A stretch of 64,000 bases of DNA from a virus (taxonomy: Duplodnaviria; Heunggongvirae; Uroviricota; Caudoviricetes): IMG/VR virus record IMGVR_UViG_3300044799_000708, one strand, 5' to 3'. The notes beneath the pieces are model-generated. The model was not told the origin of the DNA and made no database searches. It saw only the letters and a program-made list of their open reading frames with translations. Shown one piece after another: positions 55,425 through 63,920 of the stretch. The position numbers and the translations under genes were made by a program. The number at the start of each line of letters is the position of its first letter. Position 1 is the first letter of the stretch.

Positions 55425-55586
55425 CTATGGAGTTGAAGTATGGGGTTTGATTAGTGGATAAGTCGGAGGATAACCGATTTTTGGTTTAAAATAATCGTAT
55501 TTATCCATATTATTTTTGCATTCACTGCACTTTATTCCCCTTGATTTGCATTTGTTCCTATAGACACAATTCGGTTCATTCATCAT
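55425..55586 (-). CDS. 53-aa Cys-rich peptide (candidate precursor or zinc ribbon)
   Basis: catcatttcacc RBS/MM start; MMNEPNCVYRNKCKSRGIKCSECKNN..; TAG immediately followed by the RBS of the 37-aa ORF. Confidence 0.4.
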   Translation of the reverse strand: MMNEPNCVYRNKCKSRGIKCSECKNNMDKYDYFKPKIGYPPTYPLIKPHTSTP

Positions 55587-55642
55587 TTCACCTTATTTTT
55601 CACATTTATATTTGATGAAATCTTCCTTTTCTCTCAATTTTA

Positions 55643-56032
55643 CTATTTTTCATTTTTTTCAACCTCCATTTTCTTTCCGCACATAGCGCAATATTCATCT
55701 ATTTGTATTTTCCTGCGCCTATCCAGTTTTTTGATTAGCGAACCTATGACATTCATTTTTGTCATATAGCCAAAACCAGAATAGGTATTGTATAGATGAC
55801 CATATTGTTTTTCAAGCATTTTTGCATAGTCTTTTAGCAAAAAGATAGCGTTCTTTATCTCATTTTTTCTGAAAGGTATGCATTCTCCTCTTTTTATCAG
55901 CATCTCATTCTCAAAGCAACTTTTGCATATTGCCTTTTCTACCCCATTTATTTTCTTTAGGGCAAGCCATTTCGTTTCTCCGCATATTTCGCATTTGTCA
56001 ATTGACTTTTTCAACTTCCTTTTTCTTTTCAT
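55643..56032 (-). CDS. zinc-ribbon protein (129 aa)
   Basis: CEICG..x..CKSCF and CAMCG. Confidence 0.5.
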   Translation of the reverse strand: MKRKRKLKKSIDKCEICGETKWLALKKINGVEKAICKSCFENEMLIKRGECIPFRKNEIKNAIFLLKDYAKMLEKQYGHLYNTYSGFGYMTKMNVIGSLIKKLDRRRKIQIDEYCAMCGKKMEVEKNEK

Positions 56033-56035
56033 TTT

Positions 56036-56605
56036 CTACCTTCCTCCTATGTTCTTTTCCCATTTTTTAAATTTCTCCTTCCAATGTTTTTCGCCTGCCT
56101 TCCTCTTCCTTTCTAATTCTCTGTATAATTTTATATTTTGATATTTGTTACCTAATATTTCATTTGTTTCTGGTGACATTCTTTCCTTTTTCCCTGTATT
56201 AATATTTGTTCCGAAATCATGCATAGGGGCGTATGCATAGAGGCTGAATTCTGGTGAACCCCCACCTTCTCTTGTAACTTCCCAAGATGCAAACTTTTTA
56301 TTCCAATACACAACCCCAGTATTTGAAAAATACGCTGTTCCGCAAGAACCACTATCTTGCCATGCTCTTCTTATATTTTTAACTATGTCTCCTTCGAAAA
56401 TCTCCTTGCCATTCTTGTCTTTGAGACCTGCGGATTGCATTAAAATACACTCATCAAAATCTACACCACTTATTGTTGCATGTATTTGCCCATTAATTTT
56501 TTGAAAATTATTTGTTATTCCCAAACAGTTATCTGTCCACCTAATTTCAATAACATCATACATCTTTTTCCATTTCTTATGCCATGCCCTAAATTTTGGT
56601 ATCAT
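56036..56605 (-). CDS. YopX-family phage protein (189 aa)
   Basis: MIPKFRAWHKKWKKMY and ILMQSAGLKDKNGKEIFEGDIV are the two YopX signature blocks. Confidence 0.75.
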   Translation of the reverse strand: MIPKFRAWHKKWKKMYDVIEIRWTDNCLGITNNFQKINGQIHATISGVDFDECILMQSAGLKDKNGKEIFEGDIVKNIRRAWQDSGSCGTAYFSNTGVVYWNKKFASWEVTREGGGSPEFSLYAYAPMHDFGTNINTGKKERMSPETNEILGNKYQNIKLYRELERKRKAGEKHWKEKFKKWEKNIGGR

Positions 56606-57120
56606 TTAATCACATCCTCTTTTAAAATCTTTTTACAACTTTTATATTTTCTTTTACCCCTTCCGTCATACCTTGTCATAGTTCCGTCATCATTCATGCC
56701 GATTACGCAAACTGGTTTCGGTTTTCTCTTTTCTTTTTTTGCATCTTTCTTTTCCATCTCCGAGAACATTATGCCCATAAGGGCAGTCCTTATGTATTGA
56801 TACATGACATAATCTCCGAGTTCCGCTTGGTTTTTTGGCTTGATTTCCCCCTCATCAGTGTTTTTCCAGCTTTCACTAAAACCGAATTTCGTAGGTATGG
56901 TCTTCGTTTTCCAGTGTCTATCTATAAGTTCGATGAAAATCTTCTTTATTTCATCGATTTCCTTTTTGTTAGTTCCATATTTTATGTTAAAGGCTTTCTG
57001 CCAACATTTGTTTGCTATTTCATATTTCGAGCCATCTTTCATTATGCATTCAAATATTTTGGTCATATTTTGCACCATTTCAAAAATTTGATTGTATTTC
57101 CTTCCTCTTCCACCCAACAT
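56602..57120 (-). CDS. hypothetical protein (172 aa)
   Basis: Minus array ORF. Confidence 0.45.
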   Translation of the reverse strand: MLGGRGRKYNQIFEMVQNMTKIFECIMKDGSKYEIANKCWQKAFNIKYGTNKKEIDEIKKIFIELIDRHWKTKTIPTKFGFSESWKNTDEGEIKPKNQAELGDYVMYQYIRTALMGIMFSEMEKKDAKKEKRKPKPVCVIGMNDDGTMTRYDGRGKRKYKSCKKILKEDVIK

Positions 57121-57335
57121 GGTTTGCCTTCGAGTTCCTTGACATCATAGACTTCTGAATTTTGTATAATCTGCAATGCTCTCTTCCCTTCAAATATTTG
57201 TAGACTTCCGACAGATTCATTTATATAAACTGAAAAGAAAAGGCATGGTCTTCCTATGTCACGATTGCCAAATCCAATATCCTTTACTATAGCCATTTTT
57301 TCAGTCATAATTCTTTCACCTCTACGAACATTCAC
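57063..57335 (-). CDS. hypothetical protein (90 aa)
   Basis: Overlaps neighbour by 58 nt. Confidence 0.35.
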   Translation of the reverse strand: MNVRRGERIMTEKMAIVKDIGFGNRDIGRPCLFFSVYINESVGSLQIFEGKRALQIIQNSEVYDVKELEGKPCWVEEEGNTIKFLKWCKI

Positions 57336-57356
57336 ACTGGCATTCTTTTTTTTGTT

Positions 57357-57554
57357 CTAAACATTTTTATCACCTTCAACCATTTTCCTTTTGGTTATTT
57401 CCTGTGCCATATCATTTAACAGCTTATTTTTCGCTTGGAAATCGGCATCTAACCCCCATTCTGTCTCGTCACGCAGTTTGAAATATGCCTTCAAAAAATC
57501 ATTATCTTTTAATTTTTTCAGTTCCTCGAAGGTCTTTTCCGTCATTTTAACCAT
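57357..57554 (-). CDS. hypothetical small protein (65 aa)
   Basis: Minus array ORF. Confidence 0.45.
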   Translation of the reverse strand: MVKMTEKTFEELKKLKDNDFLKAYFKLRDETEWGLDADFQAKNKLLNDMAQEITKRKMVEGDKNV

Positions 57555-57880
57555 TTCCCCATGTAAAAATCTTCTAAAGTCTTTTTATATTTAGGATGTT
57601 CCTTGAATACATCATCTATTACTTTTGCATATATGATTCCAGCAACTATCAAGGCGACCTCATTTATTTTTTTGTTATTGATGTCAATCAAACCACCACA
57701 TTTAGGACAGACCAAAATATAACCCAAATCCTTTCTGTATTTTTCCTTGCCTTTTATTCTGCAACTTATACAAGTTTTCCATCTATATTTACCTTTCATA
57801 TCAATTCCTAAACTGGGCAATACCAATCCCCTCCTGCATCTTTGCAGCGATAGCAAACTATGGTCTGGTTTCCACCACAT
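57542..57880 (-). CDS. zinc-ribbon protein (112 aa)
   Basis: CISCR..x..CPKCGG. Confidence 0.45.
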   Translation of the reverse strand: MWWKPDHSLLSLQRCRRGLVLPSLGIDMKGKYRWKTCISCRIKGKEKYRKDLGYILVCPKCGGLIDINNKKINEVALIVAGIIYAKVIDDVFKEHPKYKKTLEDFYMGKWLK

Positions 57881-58161
57881 TTGCCAAAATCCTCTATTAT
57901 TATTTTTATTTCGATTTCACAGAATGGTTCTCCTCTGAAATCTGGATATATGACGCTTGAATTTGTTGTATAATTTTGAGTCCATCCTGTTGTATTTGGC
58001 ATCCAAGTGGAATTTTTATAAAAATCACATCTATAACACTGCGTGCTTACACATGGTAAGTCTTTATCTACATGACAATATTGCGAACTATAGCCGTAAA
58101 TCGCTCCAAAAACAAATATTATGACTGCTATTGTTATCGGGAATATGTGGTTAATGCTCAT
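57808..58161 (-). CDS. secreted Cys-rich small glycoprotein-like protein (117 aa)
   Basis: Signal-anchor, 10 Cys, sequons NSTWMPNTTGWTQNYTTNSS. Confidence 0.45.
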   Translation of the reverse strand: MSINHIFPITIAVIIFVFGAIYGYSSQYCHVDKDLPCVSTQCYRCDFYKNSTWMPNTTGWTQNYTTNSSVIYPDFRGEPFCEIEIKIIIEDFGKCGGNQTIVCYRCKDAGGDWYCPV

Positions 58162-58176
58162 CTTTTCACCTCGCCT

Positions 58177-58371
58177 TTAACATTTACGCCTTTTTCCCCG
58201 TTCCTCTTCGGCTTTAGTGAGTTTGGCTTCGAGGCTTTGGCGGTCGGCGAACCACGCTTTCAAAACAATTAGTCTTGCCTTCTCTATATGATACTCCTCT
58301 TCTGACATAAAATTTGGTCGCTTTAATTCTTTTTCAAGTCGTTCTATCTCCTTCTCTATCGTGCCTGTCAT
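58177..58371 (-). CDS. coiled-coil small protein starting MTGT (64 aa)
   Basis: Begins with conserved ATGACAGGCACG.. motif. Confidence 0.45.
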   Translation of the reverse strand: MTGTIEKEIERLEKELKRPNFMSEEEYHIEKARLIVLKAWFADRQSLEAKLTKAEEERGKRRKC

Positions 58372-58646
58372 TACTTCAACTCCTTTCCCTTCGGAAATAA
58401 CTTATCGAGTAGTTCCTTTTCATGAAACCTGAATAGATGTTTTTGAATATCCTCACCTTTCATCTCTGGTCTGCTATCGAGTATCTTGCCGCAAAACGGA
58501 CAAGGTTCTCCATTCCCCACAGCTAAATAGTTCATTTCGTAATCTCCTTCCCTACCGTGCCTGTCATCTCTTACCGCCTCCGAGGGCTTTGATTTGACTT
58601 TTGATGTGAGCAATACAACGCCAACCATCAGTCTTACAATTCTCAT
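58371..58646 (-). CDS. composite ORF: 11-aa MTGT upstream ORF (58532..58567) + 54-aa zinc-finger protein (58371..58535)
   Basis: Track ORF reads through; by hand MTGTVGKEITK-stop overlaps ATGAAC start of MNYLAVGNGEPCPFCG..HLFRFH. Confidence 0.35.
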   Translation of the reverse strand: MRIVRLMVGVVLLTSKVKSKPSEAVRDDRHGREGDYEMNYLAVGNGEPCPFCGKILDSRPEMKGEDIQKHLFRFHEKELLDKLFPKGKELK

Positions 58647-58803
58647 GATATTTCAAGAACGCCTCGACTTCTTTCAGGGTTTCGGAGATGGCGATGTCGA
58701 TTTGAGTGCTTATATTGCCTTTCTTGTCTTTGACCCACTCATACAAAATCCTCTCATTCAAAGTCATGTCTTCCAGTTTCTCCTTCCCTGCCGTGCCTGT
58801 CAT
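58564..58803 (-). CDS. hypothetical small protein starting MTGT (79 aa)
   Basis: Same 25-nt 5' motif. Confidence 0.45.
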   Translation of the reverse strand: MTGTAGKEKLEDMTLNERILYEWVKDKKGNISTQIDIAISETLKEVEAFLKYHENCKTDGWRCIAHIKSQIKALGGGKR

Positions 58804-58921
58804 GGTTTCACAATTCCATTAATCGCTTTTTCATAGCAAATTCGATGAGATGGATATAAACGCCTATCTCCATTATATATCGTCTGTATGAACGATACGT
58901 CTTTTCTACAAATTTGACATT

Positions 58922-59716
58922 TCATGCTACTTCACACTCCTTTCCCTTCACTTCAACTTCCATGCGTAAGCCGTCTATGTTCTTGTTCACCCATTTCGTT
59001 TTCTGTTCCTTCAAGTCAACGCCCCTCTTGGCGAAGAAGTCGATTTCTTCCAATAGTTTTCGTCTCACGTTCTCGACTATCTCGAAACAATGTCGATTGA
59101 ACCGCCCTCTACAGAAGTCCAGCTTTTCCTTGTTAGTCCAGATAAAAATGTCTTTCGGATAAGGGTTTTCGTAACTTTCGATTATCCCCCTCGCATCGGC
59201 GGGGGTGAGGGACTTGGCGAGGGCTTCTTTTAACTTCTTTGCCTCTTTTCTATGAAATTCTTTGCAATTAAACAGACGTTCACCTGCATTATATAGTTTT
59301 TTGTTTTTGGCTTCGAGCTTGGAGATTTTACCTAATAATTCCTTTTTCGCTCCTGCACAACCTTCAAAGAAGCCTGAAGCATTTGCCTGTTCACATTTCC
59401 TTTTTGTTTCACCTTCCAGTTGCTTGATTTCACCTTGCATTTCTAATCCGTTTCGCCGAAAATAGTCATTTTCCTCCTTTAATACATTTTTATCATGCTT
59501 GATTTCCTCAATCTGGTCGGCAAGTCCAGTTACTTTCATAAATTCCTCATTATTCATATTGAAAAGCTTGGAGTGGACAGTTTCATTTGAATATCCTTGA
59601 GCCAAAATCCAATTGCATAATCTCTGTCCAAGTCTCAATTTATTTTTAATGTCTTCCTTTGGTGTCATTTTCCCCACAACTCCTTCATCTTTCGTAAAGC
59701 ATCTGGGTCTGACCAT
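58922..59716 (-). CDS. coiled-coil protein (264 aa; probable start at MTPKED)
   Basis: Heptad-rich K/E sequence; a 27-aa ORF ends ATGA-overlapped at MTPKED. Confidence 0.5.
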   Translation of the reverse strand: MVRPRCFTKDEGVVGKMTPKEDIKNKLRLGQRLCNWILAQGYSNETVHSKLFNMNNEEFMKVTGLADQIEEIKHDKNVLKEENDYFRRNGLEMQGEIKQLEGETKRKCEQANASGFFEGCAGAKKELLGKISKLEAKNKKLYNAGERLFNCKEFHRKEAKKLKEALAKSLTPADARGIIESYENPYPKDIFIWTNKEKLDFCRGRFNRHCFEIVENVRRKLLEEIDFFAKRGVDLKEQKTKWVNKNIDGLRMEVEVKGKECEVA

Positions 59717-60045
59717 ATCTCTTTGAGTTTTTTGATGTTTTCAGTCATAAATTCACACCTATTAGCGTTCCTATGAAAGTTCCAATTACTAAAGCACCTA
59801 CTGTAATAAGCCCCCACTTTACTCCCCATTTTACTGTGTCCATAAAACTCTCTTCTTTATTCATTTTTTTGATGTCTTCCTTCATACTTTCACCAACTTT
59901 CTCCTTCCGTTTATTCCGCATTTTCTACAACCCCATCCAAATTCTGGCATTGGCTCATTATTTATGTCGGTTAAATCACCTATTTTCTCTTTGGTTATAT
60001 CTCCGCAATTATCACATTTCCACTTTTTGATGTTTTCCTTTCCTT

Positions 60046-60351
60046 TCATGCTCCACTCCTGTCTTTTCCATTTTCGATTGCAAGTCTATATGCTTCACCT
60101 TTGTCTAAACCCATTCTTGAAAGATGTTTCACCCTGAAATCCAAATTATTATTGAACTTGTCCCAGAATCTCTTGCTATCTAAAGATTCATCTTTGGCTT
60201 CGAGATGCGGATACTTTCTTGATACCCACTTGAAATATAATTTTGCCATCCAGTAAAAAGGAAAGGATATTTCGCTTAATGCCTTCCCTCTGTCTATTAC
60301 CTTTACTTCCCACTTCCAAGTTGTAAAGTCCCAATAAAATAATGTTATCAT
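60046..60351 (-). CDS. hypothetical protein (101 aa)
   Basis: W/F-rich. Confidence 0.45.
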   Translation of the reverse strand: MITLFYWDFTTWKWEVKVIDRGKALSEISFPFYWMAKLYFKWVSRKYPHLEAKDESLDSKRFWDKFNNNLDFRVKHLSRMGLDKGEAYRLAIENGKDRSGA

Positions 60352-60508
60352 CAGCCTTCCCTCCTATCTTTCAGTTCTTTGGCTTCAACTTTCTTCCATA
60401 ATCCGCATTCGCAAGCAAAATATAATGAAGATATGTGCTGTTGTGCAAGGTCATCATAGCGTTCTTCTACGAATTGCCATTTATGTTTATGTTTCATTTC
60501 AAATCACC

Positions 60509-60742
60509 TTAATGATAATAAATCTCGCTATCTTTGAACAACTTTGATACTATGGTTATGTTTTTACATTTTTTACAGGCATATGCCACTCTTATTACTC
60601 TTTTAAAGATTATCCCCTCTTTTTCAATCATTATATTCTCATTAAAATATGTCATTTTCTTTTTACAATGTTTACATTTTATGTCCAGCCACCATGCTTC
60701 ATCAAGCCATTTTTTTCTTGTTTCAAATGAAATATTTATCAT
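60509..60742 (-). CDS. zinc-ribbon protein (77 aa)
   Basis: CKHCKKK..x..CKKCK. Confidence 0.45.
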   Translation of the reverse strand: MINISFETRKKWLDEAWWLDIKCKHCKKKMTYFNENIMIEKEGIIFKRVIRVAYACKKCKNITIVSKLFKDSEIYYH

Positions 60743-60757
60743 TCCTTCCTCCTCCCT

Positions 60758-61171
60758 TCACGGCAAATCACCCAATATAGCCCTTATCCGATTTATTCTA
60801 ATCATTGTATGTTCTTCTGGTCTTTTTTGTTTCTGCTTGCCGTTTGCACCCACATAAAACCAGAGCGCATTTCCAATTATGTTCCAATCTTCTTGCGTAA
60901 GATATTGTGATTTATTTCCATCTGTCATGTTCTCCTCCTCTTCTTCTTCCTTTAGACTTCTCGCAGGAAGGCTTGCGGATTTATTCACAAGAGTTTCGAG
61001 TTTCTTTAATATAGCATATTCCCCATCCGTATCTCTAACTATTACCTTGACCGCCTCCAGCGTTTCGGTTCTTGCATCTTGTTTTCCTGCTTCATATCCG
61101 TTTGAATATCCTTCTGAATAACTGCCTTCCTCTCCTGTCGCATATCTCGGCTCTTTAAGCATTCCAGTCAT
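60758..61171 (-). CDS. hypothetical acidic protein (137 aa)
   Basis: EEEEEEN stretch. Confidence 0.45.
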   Translation of the reverse strand: MTGMLKEPRYATGEEGSYSEGYSNGYEAGKQDARTETLEAVKVIVRDTDGEYAILKKLETLVNKSASLPARSLKEEEEEENMTDGNKSQYLTQEDWNIIGNALWFYVGANGKQKQKRPEEHTMIRINRIRAILGDLP

Positions 61172-61206
61172 ATTAATTTTATCCTCCTACTATATTTTCA
61201 TTTTCA

Positions 61207-61647
61207 TCATAATATATTTGGATATTTTCCATCGATTTCAAGGCAGTGAACTGTCAATAGGAACATTCGAAGGTTCGGGGGGCAGTAAATCACTCGGCTT
61301 CTCTTGCTTTTTGGGTAAATGATAAAACTTTTATTGCAACCGACACATTTTTTCGATATGCAGGTGTGCGTTGGCTGTCTTCTTCCGCAGTTGGGGCATT
61401 CCACTATCACGCTGTTTCCAAGTCTGTTCCAGTATTTTTTTATGGTCTCATGTATTCCCTTTTCCTGTTTTATATTTTTATTATAAAGGTGTTCATCATA
61501 ATTTTTTGCGGTCACGAATTCCTTCTTTTTATTTTTTTCAAGTTCCCTCTCTTCCGCTTTCGCTTCTTCCATCACTTTGTCGAGTTCATCATTCATATTT
61601 ATCATCACTTTTGAAATTGTCGTATTCCTTATATTTTTCATTTCCAA
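61207..61647 (-). CDS. zinc-ribbon protein (146 aa)
   Basis: CPNCG..x..CISKKCVGCN. Confidence 0.45.
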   Translation of the reverse strand: MEMKNIRNTTISKVMINMNDELDKVMEEAKAEERELEKNKKKEFVTAKNYDEHLYNKNIKQEKGIHETIKKYWNRLGNSVIVECPNCGRRQPTHTCISKKCVGCNKSFIIYPKSKRSRVIYCPPNLRMFLLTVHCLEIDGKYPNIL

Positions 61648-61870
61648 TTTCTATATCCAATTTTTTAAGGACATTTTCTGTTGCTTTCAGCCATTCATTT
61701 ATTTCCTCTTCGCAAATTAGTTTCATCTTATAGCTCCTCTCTCTGTATAATCTATAATTTATCCTTTTCAGCATAATGAAGAAAATTTCTCGTAATTCTT
61801 GATACCTAAAATAATTTTCCTTAATCATATCTTTTGTCATTTCCATACTAATCACCCTTATTTTTTTCAA
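61589..61870 (-). CDS. hypothetical protein (93 aa)
   Basis: Overlaps neighbours. Confidence 0.4.
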   Translation of the reverse strand: MKKIRVISMEMTKDMIKENYFRYQELREIFFIMLKRINYRLYRERSYKMKLICEEEINEWLKATENVLKKLDIEIGNEKYKEYDNFKSDDKYE

Positions 61871-62399
61871 TGAATGATATTAGTTTTGAATTTTTATCAT
61901 GTTTTTTCATAGTTTCCTCAATTTTTTTTATACAACAGTCTCGATGTTCTTTGATATGTTCTTTTATGATACTATTGATTATGGGTTCACCACTTGTGTC
62001 TAATTTTAGACCATATGAATTATAGAAACCGCAGTTCTCTCTTTCAAGTATACCAAATTTATACATTTTTTCTAACATATTGTTTGCCCACTGTCTGGAT
62101 ATACCCAAAAAAGAGGCAACATCTTTAGTTTTTATTTTTCTTTTTGCAAAAAACAGAACCCATATACCAAAAAATGTCTTAAAAAATGCGTGTCTTCTCA
62201 AAAAAATCGATATGCCATCACTATTTGATTTTTTAAATGCATCTTTATTCCCAATTTTTTTTGCAATTTCATATAAGTTATTGTAAAGTAGTTCATCTTC
62301 CTTTGTCGTTTTTTCGTTTTCTGTCATTTTCGACACCAGTTCAACTATTTTTAGCTTCCATGACTGGAATTTGTTGCAATTCTTGCATCTTTTCCTCAT
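61848..62399 (-). CDS. putative HTH DNA-binding protein with N-terminal CxxC (183 aa)
   Basis: KTKDVASFLGISRQWANNMLEKMYKFGILERE looks like an HTH. Confidence 0.4.
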   Translation of the reverse strand: MRKRCKNCNKFQSWKLKIVELVSKMTENEKTTKEDELLYNNLYEIAKKIGNKDAFKKSNSDGISIFLRRHAFFKTFFGIWVLFFAKRKIKTKDVASFLGISRQWANNMLEKMYKFGILERENCGFYNSYGLKLDTSGEPIINSIIKEHIKEHRDCCIKKIEETMKKHDKNSKLISFIEKNKGD

Positions 62400-62622
62400 A
62401 CCAGACTAAAATATAGTTGCCGAGCCTTTCGGTCTTGATATTTTCAACAGTTTTAGCCATTTTCTTTACTTTTTGGTAAAAAAGAGGGTGGCAAAAGTTC
62501 AGTTCTGGGTATCTTTTTCTCAAAAGGTGATAAAGACCATAGATGGTAAATTTTTTTCCTTTGTTTTCTTTTAGGAACTGTATGGTTAGTGGGTCGATAA
62601 GAAGAAACTCCTTTTTGGGCAT
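62341..62622 (-). CDS. putative winged-helix protein (93 aa)
   Basis: FTIYGLYHLLRKRYPE..ILVWYEE pattern. Confidence 0.35.
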   Translation of the reverse strand: MPKKEFLLIDPLTIQFLKENKGKKFTIYGLYHLLRKRYPELNFCHPLFYQKVKKMAKTVENIKTERLGNYILVWYEEKMQELQQIPVMEAKNS

Positions 62623-62726
62623 ACTTATAATTGGCTTTGATATTTAAATACTTTAGTTACTCCTTTTATTTTTGGTCTTCACTACCAAGAAGAAAAGAAT
62701 TTAATTTAAAAAACATTAGTCGATGT

Positions 62727-63152
62727 TTATCGGTTTGTCTCATATTTCTGTTCTTTGGAAGTGAGTGGAAGATTTTTCTGCTCGGTATGGTTTATGAAGC
62801 CCTTATTTATCATAACCTTGATTACATAGCCTGTTTCTGCCCTTCGCAGGATTTCTTCTGTAGTTCCAAGTATAACACGCATCAATTGGTCGCCATTTAA
62901 TAAACTTACTTGCCTTTTTTCCAGTTCCTCCTTTGTCTTGAATGAAAGACCGACAAGCATATACCTTCTTATGCTATCTATAGCCATAAAATTTTCTTGT
63001 GTCTGTTCAATCATTTTTTGTTTTTCTTCTTTGAGGTCGCCTAATACCGTTTTATCGCCTTCCAACATACCAGCTTTTGCTCGTTGCTGATATTCCCAGT
63101 TTTTTTCCTTTTTTTCCTTTTCCTTTTCTTCCGCTTTGTCAAAGTGTCCCAT
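62727..63152 (-). CDS. hypothetical protein, first gene of the long minus-strand array (141 aa)
   Basis: ATG lies 20 nt downstream of CTTTTTAAAT (minus strand, 63173..63182). Confidence 0.5.
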   Translation of the reverse strand: MGHFDKAEEKEKEKKEKNWEYQQRAKAGMLEGDKTVLGDLKEEKQKMIEQTQENFMAIDSIRRYMLVGLSFKTKEELEKRQVSLLNGDQLMRVILGTTEEILRRAETGYVIKVMINKGFINHTEQKNLPLTSKEQKYETNR

Positions 63153-63200
63153 AATCTTTTCTTATTTTCAGAATTTAAAAAGACTATAGGCACAATATCT
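63153..63200 (-). promoter_or_regulatory. archaeal-type promoter of the 62727..63152-led operon
   Basis: Minus-strand CTTTTTAAAT-N20-ATG, identical motif and spacing to 20841..20871. Confidence 0.4.
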
Positions 63201-63644
63201 TGGGCTATTGATAAATAAAAACCACAATCCATTGTGCTTCAGTTTTTTGGTAAGCGGTCTTTATTATACCAGTTAACTATATATTAATAGCATCATCGAA
63301 AGTAGCTTGGCTGTGAAATTGGTGATTGCGAAAGACCCGAAAACAGAACCAAATCGGAAAATGGGGGTGCGGATTTCAAGTCCTGTCAAAACCTAAAACC
63401 GAAGAGGTTTTCACCGAAAGTGATATGAAAATAGTCGGGCTTGGTATTTACTCCTCAATCATCAAGAAAAAAAAAGAAAAGTGGTGATAGAGGTAGTATA
63501 AAGTGCTATCAAATTTTATATATATTATAAAAAATATAGTTTATAAGATAGTTATTACAACTACAAGTAGAAGAACAAATAGAAGATAGTGTGGTGTTTT
63601 CTATTTGTGTTCGGTGTGAATGCTACACACTGGTAAAGTAAAGC

Positions 63645-63920
63645 AACGATTCTTGTCAACGATTTCTCCAACAATTGTATGTCAACCGATGCTTGTTCCA
63701 CTGGAAATCCTGTAAACGATTCTTGTCATCTAAACGTGTAAAGTGTTTTGATGAAATCGTGGTGTCAACCGATGTCGTTCATTAATCATATTGTGTCAAG
63801 TGTTAATAATACTTAAGAGTGACAAGTAATCTTGTCAAGTGTTCTTGTAAACAAAACTTGTCAACAAATCATGTAAACATTTCTTGTCAACAGTTCTTGT
63901 AAAGTATTCTTGTCATGTGA
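63645..63920. repeat. iteron-like array of about 15 degenerate TTCTTGTCAAC / CTTGTAAAC / CTTGTCAAG units
   Basis: Read directly: ..attcttgtcaacg..gtcaaccgatg..attcttgtcatc..tcttgtcaagtgttcttgtaaacaaaacttgtcaacaaatcatgtaaacatttcttgtcaacagttcttgtaaagtattcttgtcatg. Confidence 0.6.
63695..63708. promoter_or_regulatory. ORB-like dyad (candidate Orc1/Cdc6 origin recognition box)
   Basis: GTTCCACTGGAAAT is the reverse complement of ATTTCCAGTGGAAC, which contains the archaeal ORB core TCCAGTGGAAA. Confidence 0.35.

Noticed and set aside
63383-63410. tRNA-like T-arm or att core (gggggtgcggatttcaagtcctg) in the upstream non-coding region
   Set aside because: No complementary stem and no acceptor or anticodon arms could be built; treated as part of the promoter/origin spacer. 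No tRNA gene was found anywhere in the window.
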